From the NCBI GenBank assembly GCA_902585605.1, contig CACIED010000001.1:560240-624239 (forward strand): 64,000 bases of DNA, in the 5' to 3' direction. This document shows positions 31,978 through 40,352 of this stretch, in pieces. A model generated the notes under the pieces. It saw nothing but the letters and a program-made list of their open reading frames with translations. It had not been told where the DNA came from and did no database searches. The translations under genes were made by a program, and so were the position numbers. Position 1 is the first letter of the stretch, and every line of letters starts with the position of its first letter. The DNA comes from an uncultured Alphaproteobacteria bacterium. GTDB lineage: Bacteria; Pseudomonadota; Alphaproteobacteria; HIMB59; GCA-002718135.

Positions 31978-32772
31978 ATGGAAATAAATAAAATTACGAA
32001 TTTATTGAATCTGGAGCATGTTAAGTTTTTAATATCTATCTTTAAAGAAAATAATATTGAAATTCGATTAGTAGGAGGATGTATACGAGATGCTCTTCTT
32101 GAAAGAGAAATCAAAGATATTGATACAGCAACAACTTTGGAGCCTCAGGATGTTTTGTCATTACTAAAAGAGAACAATATTGAATATGATGATTTTGCTA
32201 TTCAATATGGATCTATAATTGCTTATCCTCATAATCGAAAAATACAAATTACAACTTTACGTGAAGATATTAATCAAATGGGAAGACATACAAATGTAAT
32301 TTACACCAACAGCTGGAAAAAAGATTCAGCCAGAAGAGATTTTACTTTCAATGCTTTATATGTTGGAAACAATAATAAACTACATGATTATTACAATGGC
32401 CAATCAGATTTAAAAGAGAGTAAAATTTGTTTTATTGGTGAAATAGAGGATAGAATAAAAGAAGATTACTTAAGAATCTATCGATACTTTAGATTTAGAG
32501 GTTTATTTAATTTACCTAAAACATCTTTAAGTGATCAAAAAATTGTAGAAAAATATATTCACGAATCTTTAGCAGTGTTGACCAACGATGTAATAAGGCA
32601 AGAAATATTAAAAATGTTTAATATGTCTTTTCCATTAAATTGTTTTTACATATCTCATCAAACGTTACAAAAATTTAAATGGGTTGAAATAGTGCAAGAG
32701 CATTTCATACGAACAAAATATGATCTTGGATTAAATAAATGTCTGAATAAGATTGATAATTTAATAAATTAG
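31978..32772 (+). CDS. Class II tRNA nucleotidyltransferase (CCA-adding type), short form
   Basis: VGGCIRD, DIDTAT, TTLRED, RRDFTFNAL, DYYNGQSDL and EDYLR; only 264 aa. Confidence 0.78.
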   Translation: MEINKITNLLNLEHVKFLISIFKENNIEIRLVGGCIRDALLEREIKDIDTATTLEPQDVLSLLKENNIEYDDFAIQYGSIIAYPHNRKIQITTLREDINQMGRHTNVIYTNSWKKDSARRDFTFNALYVGNNNKLHDYYNGQSDLKESKICFIGEIEDRIKEDYLRIYRYFRFRGLFNLPKTSLSDQKIVEKYIHESLAVLTNDVIRQEILKMFNMSFPLNCFYISHQTLQKFKWVEIVQEHFIRTKYDLGLNKCLNKIDNLIN

Positions 32773-33188
32773 TTTTTTAGTTTACAATTTTCGCACAAAC
32801 CAAATATTTCTAAATTATGTTTTTTATAATTGAAGTTATTTTTTTCTGCTTGTTTTGAAAAATAAGAAAACAAATTATTTCCAGTTAGCTCAGTAACACT
32901 ATCACAGTTTTCACATATCAAAAAAGATGTAGAAGTTTTTGCATTACAGCCTTCATGCTTACAAGCAACATATGAATTTCTACTTTCTATTTTATGTACT
33001 TTACCAATTTCTATAAGCTTATCTAAAGCTCTATAAACTTGAAGAGGAGATTTAATTCCTTTTTTTTGAATATCAAAAAGGATTGTATATGCTTTAAGAG
33101 GTTCTGATGAGTTTTCTAAAATATCAAGAACTGTTTTCTGGTTTTTGGTTAAATTTACTGATGCTAATGCCATAATTTTAATTAACAA
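32769..33188 (-). CDS. zur: Zinc uptake regulator (Fur family)
   Basis: LTKNQ, VYRALDKL and two CxxC pairs; co-transcribed downstream of znuCB. An alternative start at 33173 is possible. Confidence 0.88.
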   Translation of the reverse strand: MLIKIMALASVNLTKNQKTVLDILENSSEPLKAYTILFDIQKKGIKSPLQVYRALDKLIEIGKVHKIESRNSYVACKHEGCNAKTSTSFLICENCDSVTELTGNNLFSYFSKQAEKNNFNYKKHNLEIFGLCENCKLKN

Positions 33189-33195
33189 ATAGTTT

Positions 33196-33999
33196 TCATT
33201 TTTGCAACTGACCCTTTATCTCCAGAGGAATAAGTGAAATAATAAATAATAATAATGCAACTACAATTATAGAAGGCCCTGAAGAAGTATTAATCTCAAG
33301 CGAAACAAACAATCCTGCAATTACAGATACGACACCAGCTAAAGTTGCACTTATAACCATTTGACGAGGACTGCTGCTAATATTTCTTGCAATTGCTGCA
33401 GGTATTAAAAGTAAACCAGTTATCAATAAAGCGCCAATCATTTTAATAGATAAAGCAATTACTCCTGCCAATAAGAGTGTGAATATAAAATTAGAAACTT
33501 CTGGTCGCATTCCTTCTGCTGCTGACAAATCATAATTTACCGTTGCTGAAAATAAAGATTTCCAAATAAAGTACAAAATCAATAATATTGTAGCACCACC
33601 TAAATAAACTATAGTTATATCTTCTACATCAACTGCAAGTATATCTCCAAATAATAAACCCATAAGGTCAAATCTAATTGATGTAAGAAACCCAATTAAT
33701 ACTAAACCTATAGCAAGTGTAGAGTGAGCAAGTAGACCGAGTAATGAGTCTCCTGCGAGTTTTGTTCTTTTTTGTAAATTAATTAATAGTAAAGCAACAA
33801 CAGCTGAAATTATAAAAACTGAAAATGTAATATTAAAGCTAAAAGAATAAGCTAAAGTTACACCCAATAATGCCGAGTGAGACAGCGTATCTCCAAAATA
33901 GGATAACCTTCTCCAAATTACAAGACATCCTAGAGGTCCGGCAATTATTGCAATACCAATGCCAGCTATGAGAGCTCTAGTAAAAAAATCATCAAACAT
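33196..33999 (-). CDS. znuB: Zinc ABC transporter permease
   Basis: GPLGCLVIWRRLSYFGDTLSHSALLG, LFGDIL and GPSI. Confidence 0.93.
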   Translation of the reverse strand: MFDDFFTRALIAGIGIAIIAGPLGCLVIWRRLSYFGDTLSHSALLGVTLAYSFSFNITFSVFIISAVVALLLINLQKRTKLAGDSLLGLLAHSTLAIGLVLIGFLTSIRFDLMGLLFGDILAVDVEDITIVYLGGATILLILYFIWKSLFSATVNYDLSAAEGMRPEVSNFIFTLLLAGVIALSIKMIGALLITGLLLIPAAIARNISSSPRQMVISATLAGVVSVIAGLFVSLEINTSSGPSIIVVALLLFIISLIPLEIKGQLQK

Positions 34000-34741
34000 T
34001 ATTTGTTACTCTCCCATCTGTTTCATGAGAATGATCATGATCATGTTGATAAAGTGATAGAGTTGTGGCGTTATGTTCACCAAATAATTCTATGTATGCC
34101 GAATTCTTTACAATTGATCTTGGCGTTCCAGAGCAACATATATGACCATTTAAGCAAATTACATGATCTGTAGCTGACATAACAAAATGAAGATCATGTG
34201 ATATCAGTAATATTCCACAATTAAGTGTTGAACAAATTTTTTTAATAAGATTATAAAGTGCAATTTCTCCATTAAAATCTACACCTTGAACTGGTTCATC
34301 CAAAACAAGTAAGTCTGGTTTTTTTGCGATTGCTCTGGCGATTAAGACTCTTTGAAATTCTCCGCCAGATAAATTATGAATATCGTTATAGAGAAGGTTA
34401 TCTACTCCAGTTAATTTTAAAGCATCAACAATTTCAAGATTATTTATATGACTTGTTAATTTCATAAAATCAACGACACGAAGAGGCATTGTCCAATCAA
34501 TATTAATTTTTTGTGGTACGTAAGCCATTTTAGAAGCAAAGTTTTTTATTTGCCCTTCATCAGACTTAAGTATCTTAAGTATCATTTTAGCTGAAGTTGT
34601 TTTTCCAGAACCATTAGGCCCTATTAGAGTAACAATTTTCCCCTTGTGAATTTCCAAGCTTATTCCTCGTACAATCCACTTGGATGACTTGTACACACCA
34701 CAGTTATCTAGTTTAACCAATAAATTATTATTTTCTGCCAT
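33992..34741 (-). CDS. znuC: Zinc ABC transporter ATPase
   Basis: GPNGSGKT, LSGGEFQR, LDEP, HVICLNGHICCSG and a His-rich tail. Confidence 0.93.
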   Translation of the reverse strand: MAENNNLLVKLDNCGVYKSSKWIVRGISLEIHKGKIVTLIGPNGSGKTTSAKMILKILKSDEGQIKNFASKMAYVPQKINIDWTMPLRVVDFMKLTSHINNLEIVDALKLTGVDNLLYNDIHNLSGGEFQRVLIARAIAKKPDLLVLDEPVQGVDFNGEIALYNLIKKICSTLNCGILLISHDLHFVMSATDHVICLNGHICCSGTPRSIVKNSAYIELFGEHNATTLSLYQHDHDHSHETDGRVTNNV

Positions 34742-34758
34742 TTTATTATTTACAACTT

Positions 34759-34781
34759 AAAATGTTATATTATAACATTAC
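34759..34781. promoter_or_regulatory. Zur box
   Basis: AAAATGTTATA-T-TATAACATTAC matches the proteobacterial Zur consensus GAAATGTTATA-W-TATAACATTTC at 21 of 23 positions, between divergent znuC and znuA. Confidence 0.88.
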
Positions 34782-34819
34782 AATACTTTAACACACTTAA
34801 ATCTAATAGGAATACTTTT

Positions 34820-35938
34820 ATGAAACAAATGAATATTTTTCTACATGTTTTTAAAATTATCTTGTTTTCAGGAATTCTTGTTGCAACTGCATCTGCTAGA
34901 GCAGAACTAAAAGTTGTAACGACTATTAAACCACTTCATTCATTGATTGCTAATGTTATGAATGGAATTGGTGAACCTGGACTTATAATTGAAGGAAGCA
35001 TATCTCCACATAGTTTTACTATGAAACCATCTCATGCAAAAATGCTTGAAGAAGCAGATATAGTATTTTGGATTGGTGAGAGTATTGAGACATCATTAGA
35101 AGAACCTCTGGAGTCAATAGCAAAAAGTGCTGAAGTCGTAGAGTTTATGGAAGTTGAAACAATTGCTAAATTAAAATTTAGAGAAGAATCTATATTTGGT
35201 GACCACGATGATCATGACGATCACGACGACCATGACGACCATGACGACCATGACGACCATGACGACCATGACGACCATGACGATCACGATGATCATGACG
35301 ATCATGATGACCATGACGATCACGATGATCACGATGATCATGACGATCACGACGATCACGACGACCATGACGACCATGACGATCATGATGATCATGACGA
35401 TCACAGTGGACACGACGACCACGGTCATGCACATGGTGAATTTGATGCTCACATTTGGTTAGATCCAATGAATGCTAAAGAAATGGTTCATGAGATTGCT
35501 CATGAGTTAGGTGATTTAGATCCTGCCAATAAAGAGAAATATGAAGCAAATGCTGATGCAACAATCAAAGCTTTAGACCAATTGATAAATGACGTTAGCA
35601 AGGATATTAATTCCGATGCAAAATTTGTCGTTTTCCATGACGCCTACCAATACTTTGAAGAAAGATTTGGTGTAAGAGCTGCAGGAGCTTTAACATTGAA
35701 TACTGATGTTTTACCTGGTGCAAAGCAAATAGCTGATATTCAGGATGTTATTAAGGATAAGGGAATAAAATGTATTTTCTCTGAACCTCAATTTAATCCA
35801 AAGATTATTTCAACAATAGCTGAGGATATGAATATCAAAACAGGAGTTTTTGATCCTTTAGGTGCTAACATCGATGCTGGTAAGTCACTTTACTTTACGT
35901 TGATTAGTAATCTCGGGGACGAGCTTAAAGGCTGTTAA
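34820..35938 (+). CDS. znuA: Zinc ABC transporter substrate-binding protein with a very long His/Asp loop
   Basis: VVTTIKPLHSL, SPHSF, DAHIWLDP, VFHDAYQYFE and LDPLG-like motifs; the loop carries the HDD repeat. Confidence 0.93.
   Translation: MKQMNIFLHVFKIILFSGILVATASARAELKVVTTIKPLHSLIANVMNGIGEPGLIIEGSISPHSFTMKPSHAKMLEEADIVFWIGESIETSLEEPLESIAKSAEVVEFMEVETIAKLKFREESIFGDHDDHDDHDDHDDHDDHDDHDDHDDHDDHDDHDDHDDHDDHDDHDDHDDHDDHDDHDDHDDHDDHDDHSGHDDHGHAHGEFDAHIWLDPMNAKEMVHEIAHELGDLDPANKEKYEANADATIKALDQLINDVSKDINSDAKFVVFHDAYQYFEERFGVRAAGALTLNTDVLPGAKQIADIQDVIKDKGIKCIFSEPQFNPKIISTIAEDMNIKTGVFDPLGANIDAGKSLYFTLISNLGDELKGC
35201..35404 (+). repeat. Coding 9-bp tandem repeat encoding D-H-(DDH)22
   Basis: His codons every 9 nt from 35204 to 35402 (23 His); synonymous cac/cat and gac/gat variation; five identical CATGACGAC copies from 35231. 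Confidence 0.95.
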
Positions 35939-35954
35939 TTTTTAATATTTAAAT

Positions 35955-35983
35955 AAATTCCACCTTGTATTAAGGTGGAATTT
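35955..35983. terminator. Hairpin AAATTCCACCTT-GTATT-AAGGTGGAATTT downstream of znuA
   Basis: Perfect 12-bp stem 16 nt after the znuA stop; only a short U-tract follows. Confidence 0.65.
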
Positions 35984-36009
35984 GTTGAACTAATTATAAG
36001 GAAATTGAT

Positions 36010-36981
36010 ATGGAAAATACTTCTCAGGTTCCAGTTACGGTTTTAACAGGTTTTCTTGGAGCTGGAAAAACAACACTTTTAAATCGAATTTTAACTGAAC
36101 AGCATGGACGTAAATACGCTGTCATTGTTAATGAATTTGGTGAGCAGGGAATTGATAATGACCTTGTTGTTGATGCTGATGAAGAAGTATTTGAAATGAA
36201 TAACGGTTGCATTTGTTGCACTGTTAGGGGTGATTTAATTAGAATTCTTAGTGGTTTAATGAAACGTGCTGACAAACTAGATGCAATTATAGTTGAAACA
36301 ACTGGTTTAGCTGATCCAGCCCCAGTTGCTCAGACATTTTTTGTTGATCAAGACGTTGCTGATAGAACAAAATTAGATGCAATTGTTACAGTTGCTGATG
36401 CTGTTCATCTAAGTTCTCAACTAGTAGATCATCATGAAGCAGAAGAGCAAATTGCTTTTGCTGATGTAATTTTGTTAAATAAAGTTGAACTTGTTGAAGA
36501 TAATGACATTGTGAAAGTTAATGATCGTATTAGAAAAATAAATCCTTTTGCAAAGATTATTAAAACAACACGTTGTGATGCACCTCTTGATGAAATCGTG
36601 GGCTTAAATGCATTTAGTCTAGATAGAGTATTAGATATTGAACCTGACTTTCTTGAATCAGATCATGATCATGAACATGATGATGATGTTACTAGTCTAT
36701 CCTTTGTATCTGATACACCATTAGATATGGATAAGTTTCAAGATTGGTTTGGAAATTTACTTAGGACTAAGGGCCAGGATATTCTTCGATCAAAAGGCAT
36801 TTTGAACTTTAAAGGTGAAGAAGAGCGATATGTATTTCAAGGAGTGCATATGCTTATGGATGCTTCACCAATGGGACCTTGGCCTAAAGGAAAAGATAGA
36901 AGTTCTCGAGTAGTATTTATTGGTCGTGATCTTGATAATATGAATCTTAAGGAAGGCTTTGAAAATTGTAAATCAGCATGA
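36010..36981 (+). CDS. COG0523 / CobW-family G3E GTPase metallochaperone
   Basis: [22 protein letters not shown] (CxCC), ETTG, a His-rich SDHDHEHDD segment and CobW_C (LRSKG, FQGVH). Confidence 0.92.
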   Translation: MENTSQVPVTVLTGFLGAGKTTLLNRILTEQHGRKYAVIVNEFGEQGIDNDLVVDADEEVFEMNNGCICCTVRGDLIRILSGLMKRADKLDAIIVETTGLADPAPVAQTFFVDQDVADRTKLDAIVTVADAVHLSSQLVDHHEAEEQIAFADVILLNKVELVEDNDIVKVNDRIRKINPFAKIIKTTRCDAPLDEIVGLNAFSLDRVLDIEPDFLESDHDHEHDDDVTSLSFVSDTPLDMDKFQDWFGNLLRTKGQDILRSKGILNFKGEEERYVFQGVHMLMDASPMGPWPKGKDRSSRVVFIGRDLDNMNLKEGFENCKSA

Positions 36982-38015
36982 ACGCTGATTTAGAAAAACT
37001 TCAAGAATCAAATAAAACTGAACTTGAAAGAAGAGGTTCAATTTTTAATATTGGAGCTCCAGCTACAGAAGCGGTTACAATTCGTGATCAAATAGCGGTA
37101 GGATTTGGAGACGGCACCGTAAGATTTTTTCAATCTGGATCTGATCCTAAAACTGTTAAAGCACATAAGGGTGTAGTGTTGAGTATGACAAATTATGAAG
37201 ATCATGTGTTAACGGGAGGAGACGATGGACGTTTTCTAAAAATATCATCTGATGGAAATATTGATGAAATTTTTAATTTTGGTTCAAAGTGGGTTGACTG
37301 TGTAGCTTCTCACAAAGATACTAAAGTTTGTTCATCAGGAAAGACTGTTTATATTTGGACAAAAAACAAAGATAAACCTCAAACTTTAGAGCATCAAAGT
37401 ACTGTTGCTGGATTAGCATTTGATAATAAAGGTAAGCGTCTTGCGGTCTCAAGATACGGTGGAGTAACAGTGTGGAAACTTAATAATAATAAATGGACAG
37501 CATCAAATTTTACCTGGAAAGGATCGCATGGAACTGTAACGTTTAGCCCAGATACAAAATATATTGTAACTGCAATGCAAGAAAATCAAATTCATGGTTG
37601 GCGCATAAATGACAAAGCGGATTTAGCAATGAGAGGTTATCCATCAAAAATTAAAAGTTTTACTTGGGTTGGTGATACACCGTATTTGGTAACATCTGGA
37701 TCCAGTGATGCAGTTTGCTGGCCATTTGATGGTAAAGAAGGACCAATGGGGAGAAAGCCAATTGTTGTTGCAAACGGTGGTAAAGAACTTGCAACATTTG
37801 TTAAAGCACTTAATGGAGAAAAAGCTGTTTTCACCGGTTTTACAGATGGGTCAGTTTTATTAGCAGAAATTGATGAAAGCAAAAAACCAATTATGATTAG
37901 AAGTTCAACAGGTTCAGAAGTTTCAACAATAGCTATATCTAGTGATAACTCACAAATATTAATTGGCGATATGAAAGGTTCTATTCTTTTATCATCTTTA
38001 TGGGCAGACAATTAA
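36978..38015 (+). CDS. WD40-repeat beta-propeller protein
   Basis: Repeated GH/WD-like units ([24 protein letters not shown]); overlaps the cobW stop. Confidence 0.82.
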   Translation: MNADLEKLQESNKTELERRGSIFNIGAPATEAVTIRDQIAVGFGDGTVRFFQSGSDPKTVKAHKGVVLSMTNYEDHVLTGGDDGRFLKISSDGNIDEIFNFGSKWVDCVASHKDTKVCSSGKTVYIWTKNKDKPQTLEHQSTVAGLAFDNKGKRLAVSRYGGVTVWKLNNNKWTASNFTWKGSHGTVTFSPDTKYIVTAMQENQIHGWRINDKADLAMRGYPSKIKSFTWVGDTPYLVTSGSSDAVCWPFDGKEGPMGRKPIVVANGGKELATFVKALNGEKAVFTGFTDGSVLLAEIDESKKPIMIRSSTGSEVSTIAISSDNSQILIGDMKGSILLSSLWADN

Positions 38016-38025
38016 AGGAGAAAAT

Positions 38026-38280
38026 ATGTTTAATCGTAAAACTCAAAATGTTGAAAAAATAAGAAATCTTAAACATTTAATTTCCAAGAAATATAAATTA
38101 CCAGAAAATACTATAATAAGTATTGCTGAGCTCAGTTGTCATGAACCTGATTGTCCACCAATTGAAACTGTAATTACTGCAAGAAATGAAGACGGATCAA
38201 TGAAAAATTGGCGAGTTGCAAAATCAATAGAAGAAATAGAGGAGTCAGATATTAATAATCTAACAAATCACACTCATTAA
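38026..38280 (+). CDS. Small hypothetical protein with a CHEPDCPP motif
   Basis: AAGGAG RBS; 84 aa; ELSCHEPDCPPIETVIT; ends in NHTH. Confidence 0.7.
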   Translation: MFNRKTQNVEKIRNLKHLISKKYKLPENTIISIAELSCHEPDCPPIETVITARNEDGSMKNWRVAKSIEEIEESDINNLTNHTH

Positions 38281-38303
38281 ATTATTAAATTTAAAATAAT
38301 TTA

Positions 38304-38387
38304 TTAACAGCAATCTCCACCTTCACAAGTACAGCAACAGCTACAACTGCAACCACACTTTGGTGGGTTTGGATTTTGATTTTTCAT
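38304..38387 (-). CDS. Cys-rich micropeptide, putative metallothionein (27 aa; 29 aa if started at 38393)
   Basis: Manual translation (MI)MKNQNPNPPKCGCSCSCCCTCEGGDCC followed by TAA TAA. AGGT RBS-like motif 6 nt before the second ATG. About 45% GC against near-zero GC in the flanks. Confidence 0.7.
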   Translation of the reverse strand: MKNQNPNPPKCGCSCSCCCTCEGGDCC

Positions 38388-38427
38388 AATCATACCTATA
38401 TATTTATTATAATAATTTAAAATACAA

Positions 38428-39285
38428 ATGAGAAAAGCATTAGAAATTAAACAATGTATGAAGACTTTCGAGGGTGACGGGATACCTGTAACGAGAGCTT
38501 TCCCTGTCCCTGGTATGAGAGAAAATGATCCATTTCTTCTTTTTGATCATTTCGGCCCAATTAATTATGAGCCAGGAGGAGCAACTGGCGTACCTGCGCA
38601 TCCTCATTGTGGATTTGAGGCAATTACTTACATGCTTGGTGGTGAGGTAGAACACAGAGACTCATTTGGTGGACAAGCAGAAATTGAAACTGGTGATGTA
38701 CAATGGATGACAACTGGATCAGGTTTAATCCACTCTGAATTAGTAACAGAAAAATTTAAGAAGAGTGGCGGTGTCATGCAAGGATTACAAATCTGGGTTA
38801 ACCTTCCAAAAAAAAATAAAAAAGTTAAACCTTGGTATCAACATATTAAAAGAAACACTATTCCAACAGTATCTGAAAATGCAAATATAGAAATTAAAGT
38901 TCTTGTGGGTGAAATAAATGGAACCAAATCCAAAGTTCAAACATATTCACCTGTATCAATATTTGATATTCAATTTTCAAAACCAGATATGACAAAGTTT
39001 AATGTTGATAAAGAACAAAATCTTATGATCTATATTATCGATGGTCAATTACAATTTAATGAGGAAGATAAAATCGCTAATAAAGGTGATATGATTTACT
39101 TTGATCAGTCAAGTGATGAGATTCAACTTACATCGATATCAGAAAAAGGATCCTACCTAGTTTTAGCAGGTAAGCCGCTTAAAGAACCTGTAGCACGTTA
39201 TGGTCCTTTTGTGGCAAATTCTGAAGGAGAAATCAAGCAAGCAATGATGGACTATCAAGAAGGAAAAATGGGAAGCTTAGCTTAA
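38428..39285 (+). CDS. Pirin family protein
   Basis: DPFLLFDH, HPHCGFE, WMTTGSG, QIWVNLP and YGPFV. Confidence 0.92.
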   Translation: MRKALEIKQCMKTFEGDGIPVTRAFPVPGMRENDPFLLFDHFGPINYEPGGATGVPAHPHCGFEAITYMLGGEVEHRDSFGGQAEIETGDVQWMTTGSGLIHSELVTEKFKKSGGVMQGLQIWVNLPKKNKKVKPWYQHIKRNTIPTVSENANIEIKVLVGEINGTKSKVQTYSPVSIFDIQFSKPDMTKFNVDKEQNLMIYIIDGQLQFNEEDKIANKGDMIYFDQSSDEIQLTSISEKGSYLVLAGKPLKEPVARYGPFVANSEGEIKQAMMDYQEGKMGSLA

Positions 39286-39728
39286 GTTAATTGACGTAAC
39301 ATTTCACCAGCTACAATAGCAACTGAACTACTAAGATTAATCGATCTAGGCCCCTTTATCATTGGTATTGTTAATCTTTCATCGACAGAGCTATGGACAA
39401 AATCAGGTGCTCCTGCACTTTCTCTGCCAAATAAAATAATATCATTTGTTTGAAATTTATAATCGAAATAACTTTTTTTACTTTTTGTTGTTAGAAGAAC
39501 GAGTCGATATGAATTATCTTTTGACCACTCATAAAATTTTTCCCAACTTAAATGTTTTTTTAATTCTAGATAATTATAGTAATCCATTGATGCTCTTTTT
39601 AATCTCTTATCATCAATTACAAAGCCAGCTGGCTCTATTATATCTACTGGTATTCCAAGACAGGCACCTAGTCTAAATATGTTTCCTGCATTCTGTGGTA
39701 TATCGGGTTCAAATAGAGCAATTCTCAT
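39282..39728 (-). CDS. trmL: tRNA (cytidine/uridine-34 2'-O)-methyltransferase
   Basis: EPDIPQNAGN, LKRASMDY, FGRES and RSINLS. Confidence 0.92.
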   Translation of the reverse strand: MRIALFEPDIPQNAGNIFRLGACLGIPVDIIEPAGFVIDDKRLKRASMDYYNYLELKKHLSWEKFYEWSKDNSYRLVLLTTKSKKSYFDYKFQTNDIILFGRESAGAPDFVHSSVDERLTIPMIKGPRSINLSSSVAIVAGEMLRQLT

Positions 39729-39823
39729 GTTTTTTTACTATATTATTTTCTTACTTGCGTCACGCTGGCACATATTTAAAAAGTATTTTTTTGAGTAATT
39801 AAGATATAAGAAATTCACAATAA

Positions 39824-40351
39824 ATGGCTAAAAAACCCAAAAATAAGAGAAGAGATTTCCTACAACTTAGCACTGTAACGCTTGGTGCTGTTGGAACAGC
39901 TGCTTTTATATGGCCTTTTTTAAAAAGTATGAGTCCAGCAGAAGATACATTAGCTGCAGGATCAACTGAAGTAGATATTAGTGCTATTGAAGAAGGTCAA
40001 AGTATAACAATAAAATGGCGTGGAAAACCAGTCTTCATAAAGAAAAGAACAAAAGAAGAGATAGATGCTGCAAAAATGGTTCAAGCTTCTGACTTAAGAG
40101 ATCCACAAGATGATGCAGATAGAGTACAAAAAGAAGAATGGTTAGTTTTAGTTGGAGTATGCACACACTTAGGTTGTGTTCCGCTTGGTCAGAAAGTTTC
40201 TGATATGAAAGGTGAGTACGATGGTTGGTACTGCCCATGTCATGGCTCACATTATGATACTTCAGGTAGAATAAGAAAAGGGCCAGCTCCCAAAAACTTG
40301 GACGTTCCGCCCTATACCTTTTTAAATGATAATACTATAAAGATAGGATAA
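39824..40351 (+). CDS. petA: Ubiquinol-cytochrome c reductase Rieske Fe-S subunit
   Basis: Tat RRDFL, CTHLGC and CPCHGS. Confidence 0.97.
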   Translation: MAKKPKNKRRDFLQLSTVTLGAVGTAAFIWPFLKSMSPAEDTLAAGSTEVDISAIEEGQSITIKWRGKPVFIKKRTKEEIDAAKMVQASDLRDPQDDADRVQKEEWLVLVGVCTHLGCVPLGQKVSDMKGEYDGWYCPCHGSHYDTSGRIRKGPAPKNLDVPPYTFLNDNTIKIG

Positions 40352-40352
40352 C

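Noticed and set aside
35171-35468. Three overlapping ORFs (Met/Val/Ile-rich, HDR-rich, MTT-rich) and a possible CRISPR-like array
   Set aside because: These are alternative-frame and antisense readings of the ZnuA 9-bp coding repeat. There are no unique spacers and no cas genes.
38304-38393. Cys micropeptide as a TOMM or ranthipeptide RiPP precursor
   Set aside because: There is no YcaO, radical-SAM, peptidase or exporter gene nearby and the leader is very short. The zinc-locus context favours a metal-binding role.
39766-39781. Sigma-54 promoter (TGGCAC) upstream of petA
   Set aside because: The required -12 GC is absent (TGGCAC-ATATT-TAAA).
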